This document shows positions 51,671 to 61,828 of a stretch of 64,000 nucleotides of DNA, piece after piece (position 1 is the first letter of the stretch; each line of letters opens with the position of its first letter). This DNA is from an uncultured Gemmatimonadota bacterium (GTDB lineage: Bacteria > JAAXHH01), in assembly GCA_951812955.1 (NCBI GenBank), contig OX638340.1, positions 3,296,001 through 3,360,000 on the forward strand, given 5' to 3'. The notes beneath the pieces were generated by a model. That model searched no databases, had not been told where the DNA came from, and worked only from the letters and a program-made list of their open reading frames with translations. The position numbers and the translations under genes are program-made.

Positions 51671-52207
51671 ATGGCTGGCGGACCGCGCGAGGCGCAAGGA
51701 CCATTCGTACTCTGGCTCACCGGTCTGTCGGGATCGGGAAAGAGTACCATCGCGGACCGGATCTACACGAGACTTAAAGAAAAAGGCATCAAGGCGGAGC
51801 GGCTGGATGGCGACGAAATCCGGGCCGTTTTCCCCGACACGGGTTTCGACAGAGCGGGACGCATGGCCCATATCGCCCGCGTGGGTTATCTGGCGTCGGT
51901 CCTTGAGCGGAACGGCATCTGTACGATCGTGTCCCTCATTTCACCTTACAGGGAAGCCAGGGACGAAGTCAGGCAACGCTGCGACCGGTTCATCGAAGTG
52001 CACGTTTCCACTCCCCTGGAAGTGTGCGAGGAACGGGACGTTAAGGGACTGTACGCAAAATCGAGACGGGGCGAAATCATTGGTTTTACCGGAATAGACG
52101 ATCCCTACGAAGAACCGGTAGAGCCGGAACTGCATATCGACACCTCGCGGCTGACGGTCGCGGATGCCGAGGCGGCGGTCATGAACCACATTGCGTCCTA
52201 TCTGTAG
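51671..52207 (+). CDS. cysC: Adenylyl-sulfate kinase (standalone)
   Basis: LTGLSGSGKST P-loop, DGD, 178 aa. Confidence 0.9.
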   Translation: MAGGPREAQGPFVLWLTGLSGSGKSTIADRIYTRLKEKGIKAERLDGDEIRAVFPDTGFDRAGRMAHIARVGYLASVLERNGICTIVSLISPYREARDEVRQRCDRFIEVHVSTPLEVCEERDVKGLYAKSRRGEIIGFTGIDDPYEEPVEPELHIDTSRLTVADAEAAVMNHIASYL

Positions 52208-52370
52208 ACGCATGTTTTTAAGGTGCACCGCGTTTCCGGCGAGAAGATTACTTGTGGAAGACATGAAGAAAGCGCTGGGGAAAAGGCGCTAGGGAAGAAA
52301 ACGCTAAAGAAGAAGGCACTGAGTTTCAAAAACTACCCGTTCATTCTGTCAGCCGGTTACTGATCCGTCC

Positions 52371-53276
52371 ATGCCCAAGTATTCCATTTCCCACCTGATG
52401 CAGCTCGAAGCCGAGAGCATCCACGTCATGCGCGAAGTCGTCGCCGAATTCGAACGCCCGGTGATGCTGTATTCGGTCGGGAAGGATTCCTCGGTCATGC
52501 TGCACCTCGCGCGCAAAGCCTTCCATCCGGAGAAACTGCCCTTCCCGCTCATGCACGTGGATACGGGGTACAAGTTCGAGGAGATGTACGACTTTCGAAG
52601 GCGCATGGCCGAGGAATACGACGCGGACCTGATCGTCTACCGCAACGAGGAAGCCATCTCCGACGGCGCCAATCCCTACGACCTGGGCACGCAGCGTTGC
52701 TGCGGCCTGTTGAAGACGCAGGCCCTGCTGGATGGGCTTCGGGCGGGACGTTTCGACGCCGCGCTGGGCGGCGCACGGCGAGAAGAGGAGAAGTCGCGAG
52801 CCAAGGAGCGGTTTTTCTCTTTCAGGGACCGTTTCGGCCAGTGGGACCCGAAAAACCAGCGGCCCGAACTGTGGAACCTGTACAACTGCCGCATCGGCCA
52901 GGAGGAGTCCATCCGGGTGTTTCCGCTCTCCAACTGGACCGAACTGGACATCTGGATGTACATTCACCGGGAAAACATCCCCGTCGTTCCCCTGTATTTT
53001 GCCAGGGAGCGCCCGGTCGTGATCCGCGGGGACCAACTGATACCCGTGGAGGGACAGGCCCGCATCCTTCCCGGCGAGACGCCGCGGTCCATGGTCTGCC
53101 GTTTCCGCACGCTGGGCTGCTCACCCTGCACGGGCGCCGTCAAGTCCACCGCATCTTCCGTCGAAGAGATCATCGAGGAAATGATGGTGGAACGCATTTC
53201 CGAACGTTCCACGCGCATCATCGATCACGACCAGGAAGGATCGATGGAACTGAAGAAGCGGGAAGGCTATTTCTAA
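52371..53276 (+). CDS. cysD: Sulfate adenylyltransferase subunit 2
   Basis: PAPS-reductase fold [12 protein letters not shown]. Confidence 0.9.
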   Translation: MPKYSISHLMQLEAESIHVMREVVAEFERPVMLYSVGKDSSVMLHLARKAFHPEKLPFPLMHVDTGYKFEEMYDFRRRMAEEYDADLIVYRNEEAISDGANPYDLGTQRCCGLLKTQALLDGLRAGRFDAALGGARREEEKSRAKERFFSFRDRFGQWDPKNQRPELWNLYNCRIGQEESIRVFPLSNWTELDIWMYIHRENIPVVPLYFARERPVVIRGDQLIPVEGQARILPGETPRSMVCRFRTLGCSPCTGAVKSTASSVEEIIEEMMVERISERSTRIIDHDQEGSMELKKREGYF

Positions 53277-53323
53277 AGGCGATCCGATCGCCGGCCCCGA
53301 TCCGAACGCCGGCCCATGGTGAA

Positions 53324-55237
53324 ATGACCGACATTCAGACATTCCTCGCGCAGAACGAAGAAAAGGAATTGCTCCGCTTCAGTACGGCGGGTAGCGTGGA
53401 CGACGGCAAATCCACGCTGATCGGCCGGCTGCTGGCCGACTCGAAGAACATCTACGAGGACCACCTCGCCTCGCTCAAGAAGATGGTCCGCCAGGACGAG
53501 GCGCCCGATCTGGCCATGTTGCTGGACGGTCTCAAGGCCGAACGGGAGCAGGGCATCACCATCGACGTGGCCTACCGGTATTTTTCGACGCCACGGCGGA
53601 AGTTCATCATCGCCGACACGCCGGGCCACGAACAATACACCCGAAACATGGCGACCGGCGCGTCCAGCGCCAACCTGGCCATCGTGCTGGTCGACGCGCG
53701 ACACGGGATCCTGACGCAGACCCGGCGCCACGCTTTCATCACCTCTCTGCTGGGCATTCATCACCTCGTGGTAGCCGTGAACAAAATGGACATGGTGGAT
53801 TTCGACGAACAGATCTTCGACGACATCCGCCGGGCGTTCCTGGATTACGCCGCCAAGTTAAACGTGAGCGACATCCGCATCGTGCCGGTCAGCGCGCTCC
53901 TCGGCGACAACGTGGTGGAAAGGAGCAGCCGCACGCCATGGTATCACGGACAGACCGTGCTGGACATCCTGGAGGACGTGCAGTTCCTGACCGACCGCAA
54001 CCTGGTCGACCTGCGCTTTCCGGTGCAGTACATCATTCGACCCCGCCAGAAGGAGCGATACTACGCGGGATCGGTGTTGTCCGGCGTGGTGCGACCGGGA
54101 GACGAGGTGCTGGTTCTCCCGGGCCAGAACCGCACCCGGGTGAAGTCCGTCTCCAGCTACGACGGCGACCTGGACGAGGCCTACCCGCCCATGTCCGTTT
54201 CGCTTCAGTTGGAAGACGAAGTGGATGTAAGCCGGGGTGACATGATCGTTCATCCGAAGAACCTGCCCCACGTGGATCGGCGGTTCGAGGCGATGTTGGT
54301 CTGGATGGACGAGACCCCCATGGATCCTTCCCGTCACTACCTGATCAAGCAAACCACCCAGACCGCCCGCGCGAGCATCGACCACGTCGACTACCGCATC
54401 GACGTGGATACCCTGCACAAAGTCGGCGTTCCCCACCTTTCGCTCAATGAGATCGGCCGGGTCGCGCTGACTTCCAACCGGGCACTCTTCCACGACGCGT
54501 ACCAGAACAACCGGCTGACCGGCAGTTTCATCCTGGTGGATTATCTTTCCAACAACACCGTTGCCGCGGGCATGATCATCGATCGGCTGCCGGAAGACCG
54601 CGTGCCCATGGACGTTGACGCCGATTCCGAACCCAGGGCCTCGACTGCGCGCAGATCCAGCCTGGTGGATCCGGATCACCGTACGGAACGGTATGGGCAG
54701 AAACCGTGTACGATCTGGATCACGGGCCTGGTGGGCTCGGGAAAATCTTCCGTCACTTACGGCCTGGAGAAAGTACTGTACGAGGAAGGTTATTCGGTGG
54801 TCGTGCTGGACAGTTCGGTCGTTCGCAGCGGCCTCAGCCGCGACCTCGGCTTTTCGGCGGCGGACCAGGCGGAGAACCTCCGGCGGGTATCCGAAACCGC
54901 GCGCATGCTCAACGACACGGGACTCATCGTCCTCGCCTCTTTCATCTCTCCGAGCGAAGACGGCCGCCGCCAGGTAGCTGAACGCATTGGAACGGACCGG
55001 TACGTGGAGGTCTTCGTCGACGCGCCTATGGCCTGGTGCCGAAAGCATGACGCCACGGGGTGTTACGAGCAGTCCGACCGCGGCCTGCTGCGCAATCTCG
55101 CGGGTGTGGACTATCCCTACGAAAAGCCCCGCGATCCGGCGGTGACCGTCTCGTCTGAGACCGATCCGGTTGACCGGTCGGTCGATCGCATCGTTGCTTT
55201 GATGAAAGAAAAAGGTTACCTGCTGCCCGGGCGGTAG
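53324..55237 (+). CDS. cysN: Bifunctional sulfate adenylyltransferase subunit 1 / APS kinase (CysNC)
   Basis: GTPase [17 protein letters not shown] and NKMD, followed by a C-terminal APS-kinase domain [14 protein letters not shown] at 53324; the ORF-track start is too far upstream. Confidence 0.9.
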   Translation: MTDIQTFLAQNEEKELLRFSTAGSVDDGKSTLIGRLLADSKNIYEDHLASLKKMVRQDEAPDLAMLLDGLKAEREQGITIDVAYRYFSTPRRKFIIADTPGHEQYTRNMATGASSANLAIVLVDARHGILTQTRRHAFITSLLGIHHLVVAVNKMDMVDFDEQIFDDIRRAFLDYAAKLNVSDIRIVPVSALLGDNVVERSSRTPWYHGQTVLDILEDVQFLTDRNLVDLRFPVQYIIRPRQKERYYAGSVLSGVVRPGDEVLVLPGQNRTRVKSVSSYDGDLDEAYPPMSVSLQLEDEVDVSRGDMIVHPKNLPHVDRRFEAMLVWMDETPMDPSRHYLIKQTTQTARASIDHVDYRIDVDTLHKVGVPHLSLNEIGRVALTSNRALFHDAYQNNRLTGSFILVDYLSNNTVAAGMIIDRLPEDRVPMDVDADSEPRASTARRSSLVDPDHRTERYGQKPCTIWITGLVGSGKSSVTYGLEKVLYEEGYSVVVLDSSVVRSGLSRDLGFSAADQAENLRRVSETARMLNDTGLIVLASFISPSEDGRRQVAERIGTDRYVEVFVDAPMAWCRKHDATGCYEQSDRGLLRNLAGVDYPYEKPRDPAVTVSSETDPVDRSVDRIVALMKEKGYLLPGR

Positions 55238-55362
55238 TGCCTGGACCCAGTCCCCCGCCTACCCTTGTCAGACCTCGAATCCCGATCTTAGGCCGCGCTC
55301 CTGACCTCAGGCCGTGCGCCTGAAACCGTCAGGAGTCGCCCGCCTGCCGGCAGAAGTCTCCG

Positions 55363-56781
55363 TCACCACCCCGCCAGTCCCATGATCCAGTAGGCCGTCT
55401 GGGCGACGATGAAGAGCAGGATGAAGGCGATGGCCAGAGGCATAAGACCGCTGACGACGGTCCACTTCACGCTCTTGGTTTCGCGGTAGACCGTCCACAT
55501 GGTCGTGGAACACGGATTGTGCAACAGGGAAAAGAGCATGAGGCAGACGGCGGTGAGGAGCGTCCATCCCTCCTGGACCACCAGGAGTTGCCGCAGTTCC
55601 GCCATCGTATCCAGTTCAATCATCATCCCGGCGCCCGTATAGGCCATGATGATGGTCGGGACCACGATTTCGTTGGCCGGGATGGCGATGATGTAGGCCA
55701 GCAGGATCACGCCGTCCAGACCGATGGCCCGTCCCACGGGTTCCAGCCACTGTGAAACCCACACCGTCAGGCTCTGACCCCCGGCGTAAATGTTACTCAG
55801 CAGCCAGATCGCGCCGCCCGCCGGCACGGCCATGACCACCGCGCGCCAGAGGACGAATATCGTCCGGTCTATGAGCGAGGTGTACAGCACGCGAAGAATA
55901 CTGGGACGCCGGTAGGGCGGAAGTTCCAGCGTGAAACTGCTGGCTTCGCCCCGCAGGAAGGACCGGGACAGGATGGCCGACACTAGCAGGGTCGTCGCGG
56001 CGCCGATCAGGACGATCAGAACCAGGGACCCGGCCGCGGCCATGGCCGCGAAGGCCGGCGGGAAGGCAGCCGCCACGAAGAGGGTGGCCAGTATGATCAG
56101 CGTGGGCCACCTGCCGTTGCAGGGCATGAAATTATTGGTGAGGATGGCGATCAGCCGCTCACGGGGCGAATCGATGACCCGGCAGGCCACGACCCCGGCC
56201 GCGTTGCAACCCAGGCCCATACTCATGGTGAGGGCCTGCTTGCCGTGGGCGCCGGCTTTCTTGAACAGCGCGTCGACGTTGAACGCCACGCGGGGAAGGT
56301 ACCCCAGGTCCTCCAGTATGGTGAAAATGGGGAAGAATATGGCCATGGGAGGAAGCATAACGGCGATCACCCAGGCCAGTCCCCTGTAGACGCCGTGCCA
56401 GATGAACCCGGTGACCCACCAGGGCATGCCCAGGGCTTCGAACAATGCGACGCCCTGCGCGCCCAGCCAGAAAAGCCCTTCGGCCAGCATGGCGGAGGGC
56501 ACGTTCGCCCCCGAAATCGTGATCCAGAAGACGACGGCCAGGAGCAGGGCCATGAAGGGCAGTCCCCAGATCCTCGAGGTAACGATGCGGTCCAGCTTCT
56601 GGTCCCAGGGATAAGAAGCCGTTTCGCCGGTTTGAACCACCTTCCGGGTGATGGCCTCGGCGTCCTGGTAGATGGCCTCCACGATTTCGTCGCGATACGA
56701 TCCGTCCAGGTCCCTCTGCATTTCTTCCACCCGGCCCAGGATGTCCTCGCCGGTGGAAGGTGTTGCCGTCGTTTTGCTCAT
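55363..56781 (-). CDS. feoB: FeoB C-terminal polytopic membrane (gate) domain as a separate ORF
   Basis: 472 aa, about 10 TM, FeoB_C / nucleoside-recognition-like segments. Confidence 0.8.
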   Translation of the reverse strand: MSKTTATPSTGEDILGRVEEMQRDLDGSYRDEIVEAIYQDAEAITRKVVQTGETASYPWDQKLDRIVTSRIWGLPFMALLLAVVFWITISGANVPSAMLAEGLFWLGAQGVALFEALGMPWWVTGFIWHGVYRGLAWVIAVMLPPMAIFFPIFTILEDLGYLPRVAFNVDALFKKAGAHGKQALTMSMGLGCNAAGVVACRVIDSPRERLIAILTNNFMPCNGRWPTLIILATLFVAAAFPPAFAAMAAAGSLVLIVLIGAATTLLVSAILSRSFLRGEASSFTLELPPYRRPSILRVLYTSLIDRTIFVLWRAVVMAVPAGGAIWLLSNIYAGGQSLTVWVSQWLEPVGRAIGLDGVILLAYIIAIPANEIVVPTIIMAYTGAGMMIELDTMAELRQLLVVQEGWTLLTAVCLMLFSLLHNPCSTTMWTVYRETKSVKWTVVSGLMPLAIAFILLFIVAQTAYWIMGLAGW

Positions 56782-57587
56782 GTCGTTTGATCCCCGGCGG
56801 GTAGTTCCGCCTGGACGCCCATCCGGCTGAATTCGCCCTGTTCAAGAGCCTGGCGCACCCGGTAGTCGCCGTCGAGCAGCCTGAAGGCGATCCAGCGGGG
56901 GTTCGGAAGGTCAGGGTAGGATGCGTGCAGCATGCCCGTGATCGTATCCACGGTCCGGTCTAGTTCGTCGTTGCCCGTTATGCGCCGGGGCGCGTTCTTG
57001 ATCGTACCCTGGATCACGTCGGCGACGGTGCGCATCAACAGGCCCAGCCCCTCCTTCTTCCTGGCCGAAACCGGCACGACCGGCACGCCCAGTTCCCGTG
57101 ACAGGGCGCGGTGATCCACTGAGATCCCCTTGCGTTCGGCTTCGTCCATCAGATTCAGGCAGACTACCGTTTTTTCCGTGATCTCCAGCACCTGGAGCAC
57201 CAGGTTGAGATTGCGCTCGAGCATGGTGGCATCGACGACGGCCAACGTGCAGTCAGGCCTGCCGAAGAGGATGAAGTCCCTGGCGATCTCCTCGTCGATG
57301 GACGCCGAGAGCAGGGAGTAGGTCCCGGGCAGGTCGATCATCTTGAACCTTCTGCCGTTGAACTCGAATCCTCCCTCGGCCCGGTTCACCGTCTTTCCGG
57401 GCCAGTTCCCCGTATGCTGCTTCAGTCCGGTCAACGCGTTGAAGACCGTGCTCTTGCCCACGTTCGGGTTCCCTGCCAGGGCGATGACATAGTCCCACCG
57501 GTCCAGCGTAATACCCATCTGTACCAGGTTCTCCTGCAGCGCGCACGACGCGCAGTCGTGTCCGGGCGGTGCGGAATCGATGCTCAT
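56778..57587 (-). CDS. feoB: FeoB N-terminal GTPase domain as a separate ORF
   Basis: IALAGNPNVGKST G1, DLPG G3, NLMD G4. Stop overlaps the membrane-domain start by 4 nt. The true start may be the internal MGITLDRW. Confidence 0.8.
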   Translation of the reverse strand: MSIDSAPPGHDCASCALQENLVQMGITLDRWDYVIALAGNPNVGKSTVFNALTGLKQHTGNWPGKTVNRAEGGFEFNGRRFKMIDLPGTYSLLSASIDEEIARDFILFGRPDCTLAVVDATMLERNLNLVLQVLEITEKTVVCLNLMDEAERKGISVDHRALSRELGVPVVPVSARKKEGLGLLMRTVADVIQGTIKNAPRRITGNDELDRTVDTITGMLHASYPDLPNPRWIAFRLLDGDYRVRQALEQGEFSRMGVQAELPAGDQTT

Positions 57588-58600
57588 ACGGTGATCTCCC
57601 GTTCCTGCCGCGTTCCTTGGTCAATTAAGATCAGGTCGGACTGTTCCCGGCGCAGCGCGATCATCGTACCGCGCACCCGGTAAGCCGTGGGATCGCTGAA
57701 GGCGCTTTGCATGACGCGCTCGACACGGACGCCGGGCGTGAGGCCCAGGTCCAGGAACCTTCGGCGGGTCAAGCCCTGGCAGGCCGGTGACAGCGCGACG
57801 ACCCGGCCCTGCTCGCCGTGTTTCAGCGCCGTGAGCGGCACGCCTGACGGTTCGACCCGGTCAATGGGCGCCTCCCGCACGGATATGTTTGCCGCGACGA
57901 CCGGAGCCAGCACGTGCTCGTTTTCCGGTGTGCCTATGACCACCCGTACGGATGAGATGTCCAGGATCGTGATCACCATGCCGGGATGGAGATCCTCGGC
58001 GATGATCTGGGCGTACACTTCCGGTGGTTCGTCCTCGATATGCACGATCTGCGCCGGAACGCCCGCCGGCCATTCGACGAGTTTCTGGCTCTTGATCTCC
58101 TTCATGTCGCCCGCGGCGTTCGGGATCGGATCTCCCTGGGGATCGAAGGCGGGGTGGCCCATGTCGGCGTCCATCTTGTCGACCTGCGCCTCGCTCACCG
58201 TGTGTTCCAACTGGTGGGCATGGGCATGTATTTTCTCCCGGGGCACGGAGGTCTCGTCGGCCAGGTACCGCTCGAACAGGCGATGCGCCCTGACGATCTG
58301 GAGCGCCCAGCGATGGCCGGCGGCCGTGAGGCGCATCCCCTGGCCCGTCACGGCTACCAGATCCATCTGCGCCATTCGGTCGACCAGGATCAGCGTGTGA
58401 CCGGTCGAAGTGCCCAGGGTATTGGAAAGGGATTCCACGGACGCCGGCCGTCCGTCGTGCTGGAACTGGTGCAGATGGGCCAGGGCGTCCTCGACGGCCT
58501 GGCGGGATTGCACCCACCTCCTGCGCCGGTAGCGCCAGTACAGTCCGTATTGGGGCAGGAAGAGCACCCCGAGGGCAATCAGCACGATGATACCGGTCAT
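57584..58600 (-). CDS. DtxR-family metalloregulator fused to two FeoA domains with an N-terminal TM helix
   Basis: TM IIVLIALGVLFL, DtxR HTH and metal-binding region (HRLFERYL, HxxH), then two FeoA/SH3-like modules. Stop overlaps the feoB G-domain start. Confidence 0.65.
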   Translation of the reverse strand: MTGIIVLIALGVLFLPQYGLYWRYRRRRWVQSRQAVEDALAHLHQFQHDGRPASVESLSNTLGTSTGHTLILVDRMAQMDLVAVTGQGMRLTAAGHRWALQIVRAHRLFERYLADETSVPREKIHAHAHQLEHTVSEAQVDKMDADMGHPAFDPQGDPIPNAAGDMKEIKSQKLVEWPAGVPAQIVHIEDEPPEVYAQIIAEDLHPGMVITILDISSVRVVIGTPENEHVLAPVVAANISVREAPIDRVEPSGVPLTALKHGEQGRVVALSPACQGLTRRRFLDLGLTPGVRVERVMQSAFSDPTAYRVRGTMIALRREQSDLILIDQGTRQEREITV

Positions 58601-59334
58601 GAACCTGCCCGCCCATCGTTTTTCGTTTCCTCGGCCGGTACGCTTTCGACCAGGACGCTGCGGGCGACCTGGTGCCCGACGTGTTGTTCCTCACCGCCAA
58701 CACGCAGAAACATGGGTCCATCGAAGGGCTCTTTGCTCAGTACTTCCACGACGTTTTCCGGCCGGAGGCCGAGTTTCGCAAGATAACGGAGCAGGGCCGG
58801 ATCCGTGTCTTTCACGCGGCGAACAATCACAGTGCGACCGGGTTCCATGTCGGACAGCCTGTCGTGGTTGGTACTGGCAATGGATAGATCTTTCGCCGGT
58901 ATGGGCGAGCCGTGAGGGTCCGTGGTCGGGTGCCCCAGCATGGCATCGATCTTGTCCTCGAATTCTTCGGAGATCACGTGTTCGAGACGCTCCGCTTCCG
59001 CGTCCACCTGGTCCCACGTAAATCCAAGCGCTTCAGCCATGTACACCTCCAGCAACCGGTGATGGCGAATGATCTCGAGCGCGATCTTTCTTCCGGCGTC
59101 GGTCAGCCTGATCGCCTGGTAGGGCCGGTGTTCGACCAGGCCCGACTCCGACAGCCTCTTCATCATGTTGGTGACGGAGGCGGCCGATACGCCCATCCGG
59201 TCCGCTATGGCATTGGTCGACGCGGCTACTGCGTTCTCCTGCAACTTGTAGATGGCCTTCAGGTAATCTTCCGTGGCGGGCGTGGGCATGAGTATATCCG
59301 AAAACCGGTCTCGACTTTGCATGGAGTGTGCCAT
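58597..59334 (-). CDS. DtxR/IdeR-family metal-dependent transcriptional regulator with C-terminal FeoA/SH3-like domain
   Basis: DYLKAIYKL HTH, HHRLLEVYM, FeoA-like C-terminus; an alternative start MPTPATEDYL sits at 59289. Confidence 0.75.
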   Translation of the reverse strand: MAHSMQSRDRFSDILMPTPATEDYLKAIYKLQENAVAASTNAIADRMGVSAASVTNMMKRLSESGLVEHRPYQAIRLTDAGRKIALEIIRHHRLLEVYMAEALGFTWDQVDAEAERLEHVISEEFEDKIDAMLGHPTTDPHGSPIPAKDLSIASTNHDRLSDMEPGRTVIVRRVKDTDPALLRYLAKLGLRPENVVEVLSKEPFDGPMFLRVGGEEQHVGHQVARSVLVESVPAEETKNDGRAGS

Positions 59335-59340
59335 CGATTT

Positions 59341-59356
59341 TTTAGTTGAGACTAAA
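59341..59356. promoter_or_regulatory. Palindrome TTTAGT-TGAG-ACTAAA, candidate DtxR-family operator
   Basis: Sits 7 bp upstream of the DtxR gene start in an AT-rich divergent promoter region. Confidence 0.35.
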
Positions 59357-59546
59357 TATATAGTTAAATAATATATGTGTCAATAATTAGATTTGAAAAA
59401 AGTCTAAGCCGGTCCGGTCGGCGCATGGCAAATCCATCCGCGGAACATGCGTCGAGCCGAAACAATACCCTTGTTTCAGGTGGAATACCGCCCTTATATT
59501 CGGATTGCCGAAGCGCAATAAACCGATTTTATGCGACCCTGGAGCC

Positions 59547-59933
59547 ATGATGGCCGGCCATATCGTCCTCGTCGTGGTGGACGACCTGTTTTTCTCTTCG
59601 AAGATCGGTGAGACCATACGTCAACTGGGCGGCGAACCACGTTTCGCGGCGGAAGCGGGCGAGATCCCGGATGATCCCGAATGCGGTCCGCCGTCCGCGA
59701 TCATCGTGGACCTCGATCTCACGCGGACCGACGCCGTGGACCTGGTATCTCTCCTGAAAGACCGTGAAGCGACCAGGGATATACCGATGATGGCGTACGG
59801 CCGGCATACGCGGCCCGAAGCCTTCGTGCGCGCCCGGGAGGCGGGCTGCGAACGGGCCGTGCCGAGGTCGGAGTTCGTAAAGAGGCTGCCGGAATTCATC
59901 GAATCCTGTTGGCGGCATGGCCGCGACGCATGA
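59547..59933 (+). CDS. Single-domain CheY-like receiver protein
   Basis: VLVVVDD, IIVDLDL (phospho-Asp position), MMAYG; GGAG RBS before ATGATG. Confidence 0.5.
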   Translation: MMAGHIVLVVVDDLFFSSKIGETIRQLGGEPRFAAEAGEIPDDPECGPPSAIIVDLDLTRTDAVDLVSLLKDREATRDIPMMAYGRHTRPEAFVRAREAGCERAVPRSEFVKRLPEFIESCWRHGRDA

Positions 59934-59961
59934 AGAACGAGCGCCGGTACGGAAACCAGAT

Positions 59962-61683
59962 ATGACCAACAAACAGATCGGCAAAGTCCTCAGCCAGATT
60001 GGATCGCTACTGATCCTTCAGGGCGAGAATACCTTCAAGACTCGTGCCTACGCGAATGCCGCGCGCCGGGTGGAAACCCTCTCCGAGCCGGTGGAGGACA
60101 TGGTGCATGAAGATCGGCTGGGCAAGGTTCCCGGCCTGGGCGCGTCCATGGTTCGTCACATCACGGAACTCGTCCGGGACGGGCAGTCGAGCTATCACCA
60201 GTCCCTCGTGAATACGGTGCCGGCCGGGTTCCAGGAAATGCTTACCATATCGGGACTCGGCGCGAAGAAAATCAGAACGATTCACGACCATCTCGGCATC
60301 GATACCGTGGGGGAACTGGAATACGCCTGCATGGAAAACAGGCTGGTCAAGCTGAACGGGTTCGGCGCCAAGACACAGGAGCGCGTGCTGAAGGGGATCG
60401 ATCTGATTAAGCGGTCGCGCGGATTCCATCGCCTGGACCGGGCATTGAAGGAGGCGAAATCCCTGGCGGACGACCTGCTGCGCCACCCCGACGTCTGGCG
60501 GGTCGAGATAGCGGGAGATGTCAGACGCAGGATGGAAGTCATCAGCGAGATCGACCTGGTCGTCAGTCATCCTGACCGGGACAGGATCAGGCCCATCCTG
60601 GATCGTTTCGGCCAGGTGCAGGCGGAGGACGGCCAGGACTTGACCGTCATCGGCCCAACCGGACTGCCCGTGCGGGTCCACTGCGTACCGGATGAGACTT
60701 TTGCCGTAACGCTGTATCACTGGACGGGCAGCGATGGTCACCGAACACGGATCGCCCGGCACGCCGACGACCGGGGGATCACCATTACCGACCGGCACGT
60801 CATTCACGACCGCACCGTGATTCCCTGTCCCGACGAATCCGCGATCTATGACCTGCTCGGTCTTCAATTCGTTCCCCCGGAACTGCGCGAAGGGGGTGAA
60901 GAGGTCGCCAGGGCCGCGGAAAACACGCTGCCGAAACTGCCGGTCAGGTCGGATATCCAAGGTGTGATCCACAACCACACGTCCTACAGTGACGGGATGC
61001 ACAGCCTCCGCGAAATGGCCGAGGGCGCACGGGCCAGGGGATTCGGTTATATCGCGGTCTGCGATCACAGCCGGACCGCCGCTTATGCCCATGGACTGAG
61101 CATTGAACGGGTATTGGAACAGCAGGAGGAAATCGATGCCCTGAATGCCCAATTCGACGATTTCCGCATCCTCAAGGGCATCGAGTCCGACATCCTGCCC
61201 GACGGAAGCCTGGATTATCCCGACGAGGTCCTGGCCTCCTTCGACCTGGTCGTGGCATCCGTGCACTCCATGTTCAATATGTCCGAAGCGGATATGACCG
61301 AACGCATGGTCAAGGCGATACGGAATCCGCACACGACCATACTCGGACATCCCACGGGCCGGCTGCTGCTGGCCCGGGACGGCTATCCGGTGGACGTGGT
61401 ACGCCTCATCGACGAAGCGGTCGCAAATGACGTCGCCATCGAGGTCAACGCCAATCCCCACCGCCTCGACCTGGACTGGCGGCATCTCGAGTATGGCATG
61501 AACAGGGGCGCCCGGTTCAGCATCGGACCCGACGCCCATCACGTGGATGAATTGGATTACGTGGACTATGGACTTTACATGGTCCGCAAGGGCGGAGTAA
61601 CGCCGGATCGGCTCCTGAACACACTGACTGCGGAAGAACTGATCCGGATGAAGACCGGGAGTCTCAGCACGGCGGCGAGTTGA
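59962..61683 (+). CDS. polX: DNA polymerase X family protein with C-terminal PHP domain (PolX)
   Basis: HhH GLGAKK / GFGAKT, Pol-beta palm, PHP HNHTSYSDG ... CDHS ... HP ... SIGPDAHH. Confidence 0.85.
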   Translation: MTNKQIGKVLSQIGSLLILQGENTFKTRAYANAARRVETLSEPVEDMVHEDRLGKVPGLGASMVRHITELVRDGQSSYHQSLVNTVPAGFQEMLTISGLGAKKIRTIHDHLGIDTVGELEYACMENRLVKLNGFGAKTQERVLKGIDLIKRSRGFHRLDRALKEAKSLADDLLRHPDVWRVEIAGDVRRRMEVISEIDLVVSHPDRDRIRPILDRFGQVQAEDGQDLTVIGPTGLPVRVHCVPDETFAVTLYHWTGSDGHRTRIARHADDRGITITDRHVIHDRTVIPCPDESAIYDLLGLQFVPPELREGGEEVARAAENTLPKLPVRSDIQGVIHNHTSYSDGMHSLREMAEGARARGFGYIAVCDHSRTAAYAHGLSIERVLEQQEEIDALNAQFDDFRILKGIESDILPDGSLDYPDEVLASFDLVVASVHSMFNMSEADMTERMVKAIRNPHTTILGHPTGRLLLARDGYPVDVVRLIDEAVANDVAIEVNANPHRLDLDWRHLEYGMNRGARFSIGPDAHHVDELDYVDYGLYMVRKGGVTPDRLLNTLTAEELIRMKTGSLSTAAS

Positions 61684-61735
61684 CCGGTCGGCGGCGAGTT
61701 GACCGGTCGGCGGCGAGATGACCGTTTGGCGGCGG
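61671..61735. repeat. 19-bp tandem repeat x3.4 (ggcggcgagttgaccggtc)
   Basis: First unit overlaps the polX stop codon. Confidence 0.75.
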
Positions 61736-61828
61736 ACGCTGATCCGAGTTACCGTCCCTGCCGGATTCCGCCGCGTTTGCAGAACGGCAATCGCCCGGCA
61801 CGGACCGGTCCCCAGGAGCAACTGACAG

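Noticed and set aside
53858-55048. 396-aa ORF antisense to cysNC
   Set aside because: The sense strand has GTPase and APS-kinase P-loops.
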